Below, piece by piece: positions 41,832 through 57,249 of a stretch of 64,000 nucleotides of DNA. Each line of letters begins with the position of its first letter. Position 1 is the first letter of the stretch. Under the pieces are notes generated by a model, which was not told the origin of the DNA, did no database searches, and saw nothing but the letters and a program-made list of their open reading frames with translations. A program made the translations under genes and the position numbers. Location: NCBI GenBank assembly GCA_951406725.2, contig OX597817.1, positions 165,726,001 to 165,790,000 on the forward strand. The letters run 5' to 3'. This stretch comes from Octopus vulgaris (taxonomy: Eukaryota).

Positions 41832-42004
41832 TTTTATGTGTTAATATCTGAGAGTATTTGTAAATGTGTCCATTTATAGAAGCGCGTGTTTATATGTAAT
41901 CAAGTATGCATTTATATAAGCGTGGGTGTACATGTATCTGATTATACATTTATATGACTGTTGTTCATGCTTCGCTTGTAACGACAACTCCGCCCCCATC
42001 CGAC

Positions 42005-42038
<34 letters not shown>

Positions 42039-42660
42039 GTCATCGTCATCGTCATCGTCATCATTATTTATCTAATAATCGTTTATCTTTCACCTACCAT
42101 CGGTTGCACCCGTATAATCAACACTCCCAATTTGTACTCACTGTGTTTCAAATTGTTATTATAAAATATCAGCATTTTCATGGTGTTCGATCGAAATATT
42201 GGTTGAATATATTCATATTGCTCGATCGATCGATCGATAGATAGATAGATACATAGATAAATAGATAAAGTTGTTGAAATTGCTTCAACAGAAGTGGACT
42301 AGTGGACTACTTTCAAATTGCCATTATCAATGATTTGATAATGAAGCTACAGGTCGAAACGACTTTTGTGGCAATTTCTAAATACGCACATACACAAAAA
42401 TAAATGTTTGTCTTTATGTAAAGTTACACATAAAAGCAATTTAACACTAGACTGTAGAATATCACAATCATTTTAGTAGGGCATGCGTTTGTTAAACTTT
42501 TGCAAGAAATATGAAAGTGACTTCGCAGTTTAATTCGAACGCACACACATATATATATATATGACGGTGATATGGGATTTGAGAAGGATTTGGTTGTTGC
42601 TATTATTAGCAAAATGAGTACATGTGCAAACGCTGCTATATAAAAACGTGATAATATCAG

Positions 42661-42761
<101 letters not shown>

Positions 42762-43609
42762 GTCTGTCTGTCTGTCTGACTGTCCGTCCGTCTGTCTACC
42801 TATATACTGACATGGCTGTGTGGTAAGAGGTTTGCTTCACAACCACATGGGTTCAGTCCCATTGCAAGTCAGTCACCTCGGTCACGGGTCTTCTACTATA
42901 GCCTCAGACCGACCAAGGCCTTGTGAATGGATTGGGTAGACGGAAACTGAAAGAAGACACACGCACGCGCGCATGTCTGATTTGCTTGTCCTCTACCGCA
43001 CCGCTAAACCGTTGTTTTTTTTTTCATGTTTCTGTAATTTACCGGATCGGAAAAAGACCCTGATGAAGTAAGCACCCAGTTCTAGGACCGATTCGTTCGA
43101 CTAAAAGAGTTCAAGGCAGTGCTACTGAATGGCCGCAGTCTAGTGACTGAATCAATTAACCGATAACAGATATTCACACATGTGTTGTGCGTGTATGAGG
43201 GCGTGTGTTTATGTATGTATGTACGTTGTATGTATGTATGTATGTACGTTGTATGTATGTATGTATGTATGTATGTATGTATGTATGTATGTGCAGATTT
43301 GTTTGTTGTATGTATGTATTCTCATGCATATAGTTACATATCTAGACATACTTATATATATTCAAATGATAAACTTTTGGAAAGTTTTACAGATTTTTAC
43401 AGCTCCAAGGATTTGTTGTCTTCGAATTAGCTTTCTCCTTTCTGGTTTTCAGAAGCTAATTTTTCAAGATTGGTATTTAGGCAGTGTGTTACGTATCATT
43501 GGGCCCCAATAATTACGGGTATAAATCTGAACTTTTAATCTGGATAGAGTAACTACAGATTTCTCAATAGTTCAGCATAGGTGTTCTCTTTTACACTGAT
43601 CCTCAACTT

Positions 43610-44142
43610 ATGTATGTATGTATGTATGTATGTATGTATGTATGTATGTATGTGTGTATGTATGTATGTATGTGTGTATGTATGTATGTATGTATGTATG
43701 TGTGTGTGTATGTATGTATGTATGTATGTATGCATGCATGCATGCATGCATGCATGCATGTATGTATGTATGTATGTATGTATGTATGTGTGTGTGTATG
43801 TATGTATGTATGTATGTATGCATGCATGCATGCATGCATGTATGTATGTATGTATGTATGTATGTATGATGTATGTATGTATGAATGTATGTATGTATGT
43901 ATGCATGCATGCATGCATGTATGTATGTATGTATGTATGTATGTATGTGTGTATGTATGTATGTATGTATGTATGTATGTATGTATGTATGTATGTATGT
44001 ATGTATGTATGTATGTATGTATGTATGTATGCATGCATGTATGTATGTATGTATGTATGTATGTATGTATGTATGCATGTATGTATGTATGTATGTATGT
44101 ATGTATGTATGTATGTGTGTATGTATGTATGTATGTATGTAT
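43610..44142. repeat. (TATG)n/(CATG)n microsatellite, ~530 bp
   Basis: Directly visible; explains the MYVC and HTYI ORFs. Confidence 0.97.
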
Positions 44143-44754
44143 GTGCGTACGTGTGCATTTATTTATGTTCAGAACAGTTTCTCACGTAACTGTGTCTCTC
44201 CAATTATCATGGCCTCAATGTTTAAAGCTCACAGTTACTGGCCCACGATCGTAAAAGCAAGAAAATAGAACAAGAGCACGTCATATAAAGACTAATCAAA
44301 CAAAAATGATCCCTAGTTTTAAGTTGTTTTTAAGGAGACAATTAATGAGGTAATCACATCAAAGGTAAAGTTTTTCAGGTGTGAAGTCTTTTAATCGTCT
44401 CTATACAACAGATAAGACCTACCGTCTCTCTGATGTAGACTACTTGTAATACTAATACTAATGCTAGCACCAACAGAATTATGACATCAAATATAGTAAT
44501 ATATTATATAAATACGGACAATTTTGACATAACGTAAATATAAGATAAATAACGACATGAACACGAACACCAAGTTTAATACAATCACTAGAAACCAATA
44601 TCAACAACCAAAGAAGGTGCCTCTATGTTGTCGTTTGATCTGCGAGGCAAAATAGCAGTGATTTTATTCCACACTGTAACAATTAATACAAACCACTATT
44701 CTGTGCCTGAATAATAATTCCTTTCTAATATAGTAAAAAAAAAAATATTCCTAC

Positions 44755-44992
44755 TCGAGCTATGCCAGGCTCATAAGGGCCGGTTTCCCGGTTTCAGTGG
44801 CGTAGAAATTCCTCACCTGAACAGGACGCCGATCCGTCGTAGGATTACTCATTTTTGCCAGCTGAGTGCACTGAAGCAACGTGAAATGAAGTGTTTTGCT
44901 CAAGAACACAACGCATCGCCCGGTCCAGGAATCGAAACCATAACCTTACGTTCATGAGTTCAACACCATAACCACTAAGCCACGCGCCTCCA
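44755..44992 (-). mobile_element. SINE family D
   Basis: Reverse complement of the 11410-type element (ggaggcgcgtggcttagtggtta...gtttcgattcctggaccggg). Confidence 0.78.
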
Positions 44993-45215
44993 CAATATAG
45001 GCAAAAGGACAGCAATTTTAAGAGTAGGGTACAGTCGATTGCATCGATCCTGGCGCTCAACTGGTACTTATGCTATCGACGCCGAAAAGATGACAGGCAA
45101 AATCAACCTCAGAAAGTTAAGACGGACAAAATACCGCTAAGCATTTTGTCCGGCGTGCCGACAACTTGGCCAGTTCGTCGCCTCCTATGTCAGAATAGTA
45201 ATAACAAAATTTATT

Positions 45216-45600
45216 GGAGGCACAATGGCCCAGTGGTTAGGGCAGCGGACTCGCGGTCGTAGGATCGCGGTTCGATTCCCAGACCGGGCGTTGTGAGTGT
45301 TTATTGAGCGAAAACACCTAAAGCTCCACGAGGCTCCGGCAGGGGATGGTGGTGATCCCTGCTGTACTCTTTCGCCACAACTTTCTCTCACTCTTGCTTC
45401 CTGTTTCTGTTGTACCTGTATTTCAAAGGGCCGGCCTTGTCACTCTCTGTGTCACGCTGAATATCCCCGAGAACTACGTTAAGGGTACACGTGTCTGTGG
45501 AGTTCTCAGCCACTTACACGTTAATTTCACGCGCAGGCTGTTCCGTTGATTCGGATCAACCGGAACCCTCATCGTCGTAACCGACGGAGTGCTTCCAATC
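45216..45600 (+). mobile_element. SINE family C, full length
   Basis: Near-identical to 26569-26950. The direct repeat caaaatttat is at 45205 and 45604. Confidence 0.9.
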
Positions 45601-46109
45601 CAGCAAAATTTATAAAACATACTGAAGATGATAGGTAATATTTTTTTCTCTTTGATTTCACCAAAAATCAACGACGATGACACTCACGTGTCTCAACAGG
45701 AAACAGAAAAAATGGTAATAATTCTTTCCAATTTTGGGACAAAGTTATCAAGTTTAGTAGGAAGGGGCAAGTCGATAAAATCGACCAAGGTACTTGACTG
45801 TTTTTTAGAGCCGGAAGAAATATCACAAAACATTTTGTCCGACACTCTAACAATTCTTCCAACTAACAACAATCTGAATAATTTAATTAAAACGTTAAAG
45901 AACAATAGAATATTTTTCTCACCAAAGATCGAAGAAGGAAAAAGAGTTATGTCTTTCCATGGTAAATGGAAGTAATAATAATACACTCTTATTTTTGTAG
46001 ATGGTGAGAAATCCTGAGAGATGGGGGAATTCGATTACAACCATCCCGGTGCTCAAGTGCTAACTGGTACTTTTTTTATCGACCCCGAAAGAATGAAAAA
46101 AGCATAGGC

Positions 46110-46433
46110 GAAGAAAAAGAAGAAGAAGAAGAAGAAGAAGAAGAAGAAGAAGAAGAAGAAGAAGAAGAAGACGAAGAAGAAAAAGAAGACGAAGAAGAAG
46201 AAAAAGAAGAAGAAGAAGAAGAAGAAGAAGAAGAAGACGAAGAAGAAGACGAAGAAGAAGACGAAGAAGAAGAAAAAGAAAAAGAAGACGAAGAAGAAGA
46301 AGAAGAAGAAGAAGACGAAGACGAAGAAGAAGAAGAAGAAGAAGAAGAAGACGAAGAAGAAGAAAAAGAAGACGAAGAAGAAGAAGAAGAAGAAGAAGAA
46401 GAAGAAAAAGAAGAAGAAGAAGAAGAAGACGAA

Positions 46434-46468
<35 letters not shown>

Positions 46469-46700
46469 AGAAGAAAAAGAAAAAGAAGAAGAAGACGAAA
46501 AAGAAGAATAAAAAGAAGACGAAGAAGAAGACGAAGAAGAAGACGAAGAAAAAGAAGTAGAAAGAAAAAGAAAAAGAAGACGAAGAAGAAGAAGAAGGAG
46601 AAGAAGAAGAAGAAGAAGACGAAGAAGAAGAAAAAGAAGAAGAAGAAGAAGAAGAAGAAGAAGAAGAAGAAGAAGAAGAAGAAGAAGAAGAAGAAGGAGA
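46110..46700. repeat. Interrupted (GAA)n polypurine tract, ~590 bp
   Basis: Directly visible, with GAC and AAA interruptions. Confidence 0.97.
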
Positions 46701-47599
46701 CCGAAAAGCAAAGAGAACGAAAAAAATCATTAAAAATAAGCATTAATAAAATCAGAATGAAAACCTTGAATGTGCTTACCTCTAGGACAGTATCCAGCAT
46801 ACGCCCAGTCTGGTTGTCCATTCTGGTCAGGGACTAAAATAATAGTAATGATAAAAAAAAAAATTAATAATGAATCATTATAATTGCCACCTGGGCCCAT
46901 TCATTTCATGCAATAAGAATTTGTGTATAAAAATATGTGCTGCTTAGTAATATGTAGTGATAAAAAAAAAAATTATATAAAAACACTAAGTAGGAGGAAC
47001 AAAGATGTTACACAATACATTGAGGCAGATTTAATATGTTTTATTTGTAATTACGAAAAATAATCAAATGAAAATTACACGCACACACACACAGACACAC
47101 ACACACACACACACACAAACACAGGTTTATAAACATATACACAAAGGAGACAGGGCGTGGCTGAGTGTTGAGGAGTTTGCTTCCAAATGATTCCGGGTTC
47201 AGTCCCATTGCGTGGTGTCTTCTATTGTAGTCTCAGGCCGACCACAGAAAGTGAAAGAAAGCCATCGCACTCAGACGCGCACACGTATCCCTACACGCGC
47301 GCACACGTATCCCTACACGCGCGCACGCGCACGCACGCACACACACACATACACACACACATGCACATGTGAATGTGCGAATGTCTTTGTGTCTATCCCA
47401 CACCACCGTTTGACAACCGATGTTGGTGTGTTTACATCTCCGTAACTTAACGATTCGGCAAAAGGGGTTAATAATATAAGTATCAAACTTTAAGTACTGG
47501 GGTCGATTCGTTCAAAATAAATTCTACAAGGTGGTGCTCCAGCATGTCCGTAGTCTAATGACTGAAACAAATAAAAGATAAGATATGGGTTAATGAACA

Positions 47600-48700
47600 C
47601 ATATATCTTCCTTAGTCAGAACAGGGCTCTCCTTAACTGTGGTCATCGTCTGACCCATGAAGATCATACAGGTGCTGAATGCTGGAAAAGGCCCGTGAAG
47701 ATTTCTAGTGATAGAGCCCACATCCATGCGGCTCATCTTCTGCATGTTCCACATAATCAGAGACTGTTTCTTCTCAAATCTCTTTCTCTAAATGTATTTC
47801 GTACGAAGAACTCTGAAAATAATCGTGTTAGAAAGGACTCCGTCTTGGCCTTCGCCTTGCTTTCCCCTCTTAATTAGAATTCTATTTCCAGGGGTCTTTT
47901 CCTTTCTTTTTGCTACTGCTACTTACTAGCAGCTAATCAACTCTTATTCAATGTTTATTTCCCTACCATTGTCGCAACATTTTCTGGTCCTTAGTTCCTC
48001 TTATTGCTGATGAGTCTGCTCATCTGTTTTTCTATTTATTGAGTTCTCCAAACCAGAAAGCTATCTTGCTTGATGGTTCTTGCTGTCACATTGTATCAGT
48101 TTGGCCTCCTGACCTGTACCGCAATTTCGATGGTTTTTCTTTCCACTCCTTCCACAGGACAAATTTCCTGTATTTTTTCTGTGACCTTCAAAGGAGACGT
48201 CAGAACTTCTCTCTCCAATGATGTTGCATCTGAGCAAATGTTCCTGGTTATCGGGACATTTATCATTTACCCGGGCTGTGCCACAAGGATAACTGAACCA
48301 CAGATCAACGCTACTGCCAACAATCTTAACCATAATCCTCGTATTTTTCCAATCCACGTACTGCAGCATCAGGGTATAGTCATGAGTTTGGTTGCACTAG
48401 TTCAACCGGCTTCTTCAGCTTGTCCTCAGCTTTACAAAGCAGGCAGACGGTTCCATAATCTGTAGCCCGACAGATAGAGGGTATCCCATTTTACATACTA
48501 CTCAGGGATACTTCTAATTGTTTTGTTAGAGTCATAAAGAAGTCTGGACTGCCGTTAGGAAAGCAGAGGTGAGTGCATTTTCTATTTTCTTGTTTTAAGT
48601 CGAAAAACTCTGACCAGTTCGCGCCTATACTGGTTGCAAAATTCTACCAAGCAGTATTTTCTCATCCAGGTGGTTTGTATTGTATAATAAAGCTTGTTGT
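47600..48700 (-). mobile_element. Highly degenerate retroelement-like coding remnant (possibly LINE ORF1)
   Basis: Broken minus-strand frames include IEIAVQVRRPN*YN, resembling a V.GR.P.C..C zinc-knuckle lead-in. Many stops; boundaries approximate. Confidence 0.3.
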
Positions 48701-49841
48701 TGTCGGCGTTAGCGAATGATTTTCTCACTGTTGTTTTCATTTGTCAAATTGTGTGTGTGTGTGTGTGTTTGCATTGTTGTTTGCTGTATCGTTGAAAATA
48801 TTCGAGTTAATGTCACTGTTATCTGTCCTATGTCGAATGTTTACGTCATGCTGTGTAATTGAATTTGATTCTTTTTGTTTGCTTTTTTATTGTTTCATTC
48901 AATGGATTTTTTTTTTGGTGGGCGTTGTCTTTCTTGCTGGCAGCCATCTTAAGTTGAATGTAAACATTGTAATATTAGGCTCAAAGTGCTCAAAATAACG
49001 ACAAACTTCGTTTCCTGCTATAACAAAGACCACCAAGGTGTTCCAAAAAGCGTTGCTTGGGGAATTTTATGCTTTACGCTTAAATTTCTAATTTTCATGT
49101 TTATTTATTTTTTAGAATTATTAAATCTATGAAGCTTGAATATTCATTACTCATTACAAAAGCAAATAATAATGACAATAGTATTAATAAGCACAAGACC
49201 AGAAATTTAGGGGAAGGGGAGTTATTTTATAGCAATTCAGTCAATCTTAGATCTTGTCTCATACGTTATTCTTAGACCCCAGGAAGATGAAAAGCACAGT
49301 TGATTACAGGTTTGAAATCAGCACTCAATTTATGAACACGCCAAACAATTTTGTAGGAAGAGCGACCACAAATGGATGGAAGGCAAAGTTACTTAGAATG
49401 TAATGATCATAAAAGATATCGAAAAGCTTTTTGTCCAATGCTCTTATAGTACCAATTGCTCACTGCCATATAACTTCTAATTTAGGAAGAAAGCCAGAAA
49501 TTTTCAGGGTCCAAAATAGTAGTGGATAATATCAACCTCAGTATTTGATTGGTACATTATTTTAACGACTCCGAAAGGATGAAAGCAGAGTTCACCATAG
49601 CGGTATTCGAGAGCCGGATCAAATGCATGAAAGCACTTGCAAAACTACCAGCTTGCGGCTTTGTAAGAACAACAAAAAATACGGTATGAAATAAGTGTGT
49701 GTGCATGTGTGTGTGATTGTGAGAGAGAGGTGGGGGGGAAAGAGAGGGAGAGATGAAATAATTGTTGGAAGACAGAAAGCGTGAGTCAAGGGATGAAAGA
49801 AATGAGAAAGAGATAGTGAGGTTGAGAGAGTTAAAGACGTA

Positions 49842-50263
49842 GTGACATGGTGACATTATATCAAGGTAAACAGTACATGACCTTGCAGGCGGAACCCAGT
49901 CAGAATTTTCTTCAGGTCCAGTAGCCCATCCCGCTCAAAAGGTCCCTGAATAAGATTTGTTCAAGGATGAGGAATGAAACACCCATGTTTTCAGAGCTGA
50001 ATTATCCAAACCCCAAAGAATTCCTTTCAACACATGGCTATGATGCTTCCCCACTCGTGATCAGAGGTGCACATATCGCCAGCCACTAAGGGACATGGTC
50101 AACCGGTTAAGGTCAAACAACTGACAAGCAAGTCTGTGATATCGAGCATATTATTTGCTGTAACCCATCTTTTATACCAAGACAAAACAATGTACATGAC
50201 AACCCTTCCAATCAGTTAAGATCAGAAGCCATGAGAGCCACTGCCTCGTATTGTACCAGGGCA

Positions 50264-50320
<57 letters not shown>

Positions 50321-50906
50321 CATTATTATTATTATTATTATCATTATTATTATTGAGTGAGAGAGCAGTGCATGCCATCAAAGTGACACTGGGGTAAAAT
50401 ATACGAAGCCCAATATACCCATGACTACCCGTCTGATAAAGGTACACCAGGCACATGCATCACAACCATATGTGCGCGACATGGTGATCTCATATCAAGA
50501 TAAACAGCACATGACCTTGCAGGTGGGGCCCAGTTAGGATTTTCTTCAGGTTGAGTAGCCCATCCCGCTCAAAAGGTCCCTGAATAAGGGTTGTTTAAGG
50601 ATGTTGAAAGAACCACCCATGTTTCCAGAGGTGAATTATTCAAACCCCAAAGAATCCCTCTCAGCACATGGCTATGATGCTCCCCCACTACTTCTGCTCG
50701 TGATCAGAGATGCACATATCGTCAGCCACTAAGGGACATGGTCAACCGGTTAAGGTCAAACAACTGACAAGCAAGTCTGTGGTATTGAGCAGAATATTTG
50801 CTGTAGCCCATCTTTTATACCAAGACAAAACAATGTACATGACAACGCTTCCAATCAGTTAAGATCAGAAGCCATGAGAGCCACTGCCTCGTATTGTACC
50901 AGGGCA

Positions 50907-50979
<73 letters not shown>

Positions 50980-50980
50980 T
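49842..50980 (+). mobile_element. Two head-to-tail copies (one truncated) of an (ATT)n-bounded dispersed element
   Basis: 49842-50353 repeats ~50477-50980 (gacatggtga...ccagggcattttattattatt). Confidence 0.8.
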
Positions 50981-52052
50981 GTTATATCTGGTTGAAATAT
51001 GCGATCTCATCTGAATACTGACTGATTGACGACTACAGCGATAGGAACAGCGGTTATGTAAAATGTAGTGGCCTTCCTAAGAAACAATGTGACCAGAAAC
51101 AGATGTCATACTAAGTAAGTCTAAAGAAAACGTAAGAAAACATATCCCAATCACTTTTAGATAGTCTGGACCCCGTCTAATCAGTGTCAGCATTGATCAA
51201 GCAAAAACTATTCCTGATCAAATAAAATTTCCTGTTATGGCCATCCATTTTCTTATGCACTACGAATTACATAATGCAACGTGTTCTGTTTCCAAGGACA
51301 CGGGTTGTGTGAGATTTCACTGCTGTTTCTGGCTGACTTGGATATCGGGGTAAAAGCAGCCTCCTTGTTAACTAGTAGTATGGTATATATATTCTGTCTG
51401 ATAAGTGAACTGAGACAAACTAGAATAAATGTTCTGCCTCAGAGACGCTATTACGAGCAGTAAATCTCTCGGATAGCAAGCTACTCTATCGCTAGCCGTA
51501 TTTTATGTTCCTAATCTGGTTTCCCTTATCGGCAGCTACTGAAATGAGTCAATGCGTAAATGCCTGGTTCAAAAATATAACAAAACTCATTCTGCAAGTT
51601 TGACCTCATGAGCCTAGGTAATCCACTAACATTATGTTAAGCATTTTAAATTTAAATTATAAACACAGATGGTAAGATGCCAAGAATATATTTTCAGAGC
51701 ATGTGTGTAAATATGCGTGTCCAATAAGGTGCAATAAATTTCGCACGGTAATTTCAACAAAGAAGCAAAAGATACTAGAAGAATTATGCAGAGACAGAAG
51801 GTATCGTTAGAACTATCCTGTGTTCATTCGACCAATTGCGCTCAAAGCACACGAGATTATCTTTACAAAAATACTAAACGTTATAAGACGCAGTTTATTT
51901 GCACCTGTGTATGAATCACAGGAATAACATGCAGGAGAAATACATAAAAAGAAGCAGGAAAGATATGATTATAAATCAGAGGGTATAGATTTGAGAGTAA
52001 CAGTGAGGAAGTTTGGCATGAAATTTCAACAGATACATATATGTATAAAATA

Positions 52053-52435
52053 CTAGCAGTATCGCCCGGCGTTGCTCAGGTTTGTAAGGGAAATAACTAT
52101 AAAGCATTTTTAGAGAGTTATAGCCAAAAAATAGCAAAAAAATGGAAAAAAAATTATGGTAAATTTTTTTTGAGAGTTAAAAAAGGTGGAGTTGCGTCCC
52201 CTAGACGGTCTGTGGTTTGGGTTTCTCATTCTCGACCCCATGTCGAATTTATCGATTTTTTCAGAACTGGGGGAACTTTTCAACATCTTCGCTGCGTTAG
52301 TTTTGAATTATGACATTGGGCTATGTGTGTGTCAAGTCTCATCAGAATCGGTTGAAAGCCGTGGTCAGAGTGAGGGTACGAGAAAACAGACACACAGAAA
52401 ATGCACAGACAAACTGCCGTTTATATAGAGAGAGA
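52053..52435 (-). mobile_element. Non-autonomous Helitron
   Basis: Minus strand reads A|TCTCTCTCTATATAAACGGC ... gagcaacgccgggcgatactgCTAG|T. Near-identical to 60891-61279. Confidence 0.87.
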
Positions 52436-52655
52436 TGCGTAAGTGAAATATATACGTATACATACATATATATATATATAATTATAATTTATGGTATCTA
52501 AGAGATACCAACACGCTGGAAACTGCAGCCAAAACTTGACTCTAAAACTACATTAAGCACCAGGAGGTGGTGTATGAACATTTAGATACCCTAAATTATA
52601 ACTTTAAATAATTATTACCTTTGCAAGGTTTTTATTCCCATGCTGGCCTTCTTCG

Positions 52656-53903
<1,248 letters not shown>

Positions 53904-53906
<3 letters not shown>

Positions 53907-54172
53907 CGCAGGAGTGGCTGTGTAGTAAGTAGCTTGCTAAACAACCACATGGTTCTGGGTTCAGTATATATGTGTGTGTGTTTGTCCCCCTAGCATTGCT
54001 TGACAACCGATGCTGGTGTGTTTACGTCCCCGTTACTTAGTGGTTTGGCAAAAGAGACCGATAGAATAAGTACTGGGCTTACAAAGAATAAGTCCCGGGG
54101 TCGATTTGCTCGACTGAAGGCGGTGCTCCAGCATGGCCGCAGTCAAATGACTGAAACAAGTAAAAGAGAAAG
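53904..54172 (+). mobile_element. SINE family A with an internal deletion
   Basis: The head up to ggttcagt is joined to the 3' half. Confidence 0.85.
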
Positions 54173-54203
<31 letters not shown>

Positions 54204-54628
54204 ATATATGTGTGTGTGTGTGTGTGTGTATACACGTACACACACACGCACACATGCTGGGAAAATACCTGAAATGAAACTTTATTTCTTAACATTTCGC
54301 ATTTCAACAAATTGTCGTTGACATCAACCTTGCAGCGAAATCTTACAATAATCGTGTGTGTATGTGTGTGTGTGCATTTATGTATATGTATGTACGCATT
54401 TATGTTCACTATCACTCCAAAGAAATTGTATGCCAAATTAATATACATAATGAAATGCCGGAAGGTATTTCTGTCATTTCATTTTATACATTTATTGGGA
54501 TGTGATGTCTAATTTCTAAAAAAATAATATACGGACTTGCAACATTATATACAAGCAAAAACATCAAATATATACACAAACCGGTGTCTATACACAACTC
54601 AAGTATACTCTCGGCGTATATATTTTAA

Positions 54629-54859
54629 GGCGGCGAGCTGGCAGAACCGTTTGCACGCCGGGCGAAATACGTAACCGTATTTCGTCTGCCGTTACGTTCT
54701 GAGTTCAAATTCCGCCGAGGTCGACTTTGCCTTTCATCCTTTCGGGGTCGATAAATTAAGTACCAGTTACGCACGGGGGTCCATGTAATCGACTTAATCC
54801 GTTTGTCTGTCCTTGTTTATGCCCTCTGTGTTTAGCCCCTTGTGGGTAGTAAAGAAATA
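54629..54859 (+). mobile_element. SINE family B, full length
   Basis: ggcggcgagctggcagaa...gagttcaaattccgcc...agccccttgtgggtagtaaagaaata. Confidence 0.9.
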
Positions 54860-55154
54860 TATATATTTTAACCTTGCATTATATTTCTAAATCGTTGCAT
54901 CGTGCTGGTAAAATTGATAACAATGAACATCCATCACAACCAACGATGGACATCAATTATTATCGATTAAATATCCAAATGATATTCGCTTCTTTTAGGT
55001 ACTCTCCTTCGCCCCTCATATCTTTAATCATACCAATTTTTCCTGGCTCTTGTTCAATATGTAACATCCACGCCGTTGATCTGCGAAACTCAGTAGACTA
55101 TAATGAAATGCCTTCATTTGCAATGAAGACATTTTCAGATACGCCGCGACATAT

Positions 55155-55506
55155 TTTATTTCATTTATTTTTTATTTCATCTAGTTTCAGCTCACGAGCT
55201 GTGGCCATGCTGGGGCACCGCCATTTGGTGTTGCTACATGATTTTACTTCACGAATGCTTTTTAGTAATTGACATTTGGTGCATGAGAGAGTTTGATGCA
55301 GCTGCCCGCATCTGCACCTCCTGCCGCGAAGTTGGTTCATCTAGGACACCTGACAGGAAGAGGTCCAGCTTTATTTTGAAGACACCTACATCCACCCCAT
55401 GCAGGTCTATCAGGTCCTTCAGGAGGATATTGAAGAGCTGTGCACCTATGAAGCGCAGGCTATTGCAGTATCTTGTCCTACATCTTGATGGCAAATTTGG
55501 ATACAT
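55155..55506 (-). mobile_element. 5'-truncated CR1/L2-type LINE 3' end
   Basis: ORF 55249-55506 reads GAQLFNIL...FKIKLDLFLSGVLDEPT, followed by a 3'UTR and A-rich tail that match the SINE A tail. Confidence 0.78.
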
Positions 55507-55734
55507 ATATGCCTAGATGTATCTTGTATGCACACAAAACGAAACTCAGTGACTACCAATTACCATTGTATATTGTAATTATGCCAACTCCAAAGGTAAA
55601 TCTCACTGAATTGTAGAATTTATTGCGCACGGTATTCAGTGTATCTAATGATTTATATGCATATACATATATATTTCTATATATATGCATGTACATATGT
55701 AGTATATATAGGTGTGTGTGCTCAGGTATGTATA

Positions 55735-55805
55735 TGTATGTGTGTGTGTGTATGTGTGTGTGAGTGTGTGTGAGTGTGTGTGTGTGTGTGTGAGTGTGTG
55801 TGTGT

Positions 55806-55876
<71 letters not shown>

Positions 55877-55879
55877 TGT

Positions 55880-55957
<78 letters not shown>
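55735..55957. repeat. (TG)n microsatellite
   Basis: Directly visible. Confidence 0.97.
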
Positions 55958-55960
<3 letters not shown>

Positions 55961-56201
55961 CATGTATATACATAAATATTTATGCATATTTAAATTCTTT
56001 TATTCTTTTATTTCTTTCAGCCATTTGACCGCGACCATGCTGAAGCACGGCCTTTACTCGAACAGATAGACACCAGGACTTATTCTTTGTAAGCTTTATA
56101 GTTATTCTATCGGTCTCTTTTGCCGAACCGCTACATTATGGGGACGTAATCACACCAACATCGGTTGTTAAGCGATGTGGAGGGAACACAAACACACAAA
56201 C

Positions 56202-56245
<44 letters not shown>

Positions 56246-57167
56246 GCATATATGTACATGTATGTATAGGAACATCGTATGCGAGTTCAGCATTTTCTTG
56301 CCGAACAACCACACAGCTGACTTGTCTATAGTGATCAAATGGTTGTGTACACATAAAGTCACTCCCTCCATCAAATCGAAATTACCTGTACAGGTGCACC
56401 ATGTGCCACATGTCAGACGACGAAATCATCGTAGAGCAACAGGAAATGAAGTGCTTGGCTCAAGAAGACAACGCAACGCCCGCTCTGGAAATCGAACCCA
56501 CGATCTCACAATCGTGAGTGCAATACCTCAACCACTAAATAAATACTTAGAAACTTACCTAATTATACATACACATATATACTGACCTTCCACTTACATA
56601 CTTATACACATACATACTGACCTTCCACTTACATACTTATACACATACATACTGATCTTCCACTGCCAAAATTTTACCTATAATGCTCAAAGCAGAATTA
56701 ATTTGTCTTTATAAGTTATGACATTTTCAACAATATTTCAAACTGAGAAACATTATTTTAACAAACATAAATTATGACGCCGAACAAACAACATACGGTT
56801 TTACGTGTGAAACCAAATTAGATGCGACTTTTTTTTTTATAAATAGCACAGCATTTGTTATATTCAAATTAATTCTATTGCGTTTTACTTCCTTGTTGTT
56901 CTTCTCGCGTAATAAGCGATGTTTCCGTATGTTTTTTTATGTACGTATGGATAAATATATATAAGCGTGTTGTTGCCAGGCTATATTATAATATTAGCAT
57001 CATCCTGCGTTTGAAAATTTAAAATCATTTCTTTAACTTTCTACGACATCTCAACGCTTCTAAAGCAAACTTCGTTTGTTTGTTTACGTTCATCGTAATT
57101 TGTATTAAACGTATGATAGCGTCTCAAAAAGCGAAATTTCTTAAATTTGCGGAAGAATGTATGGTGT

Positions 57168-57249
57168 GGGCGATTTAGCTTAAAGGGTTTCAGAGCACCG
57201 CGACGCGTAATCACGGAGGTGTGAGTTCGAGTCTCACCAACACGAGCCA
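57168..57249 (+). pseudogene. tRNA-like sequence between ~120-bp direct repeats
   Basis: D-arm-like tagct...agagc, anticodon arm ccgcga-cgcgtaa-tcacgg, T-arm gtgag-ttcgagt-ctcac; the acceptor stem is poor. Direct repeats at 56979-57102 and 57297-57411. Confidence 0.55.

Noticed and set aside
46053-46821. Poly-F, poly-L and poly-S ORFs of 211-253 aa
   Set aside because: They are translations of the GAA tract.
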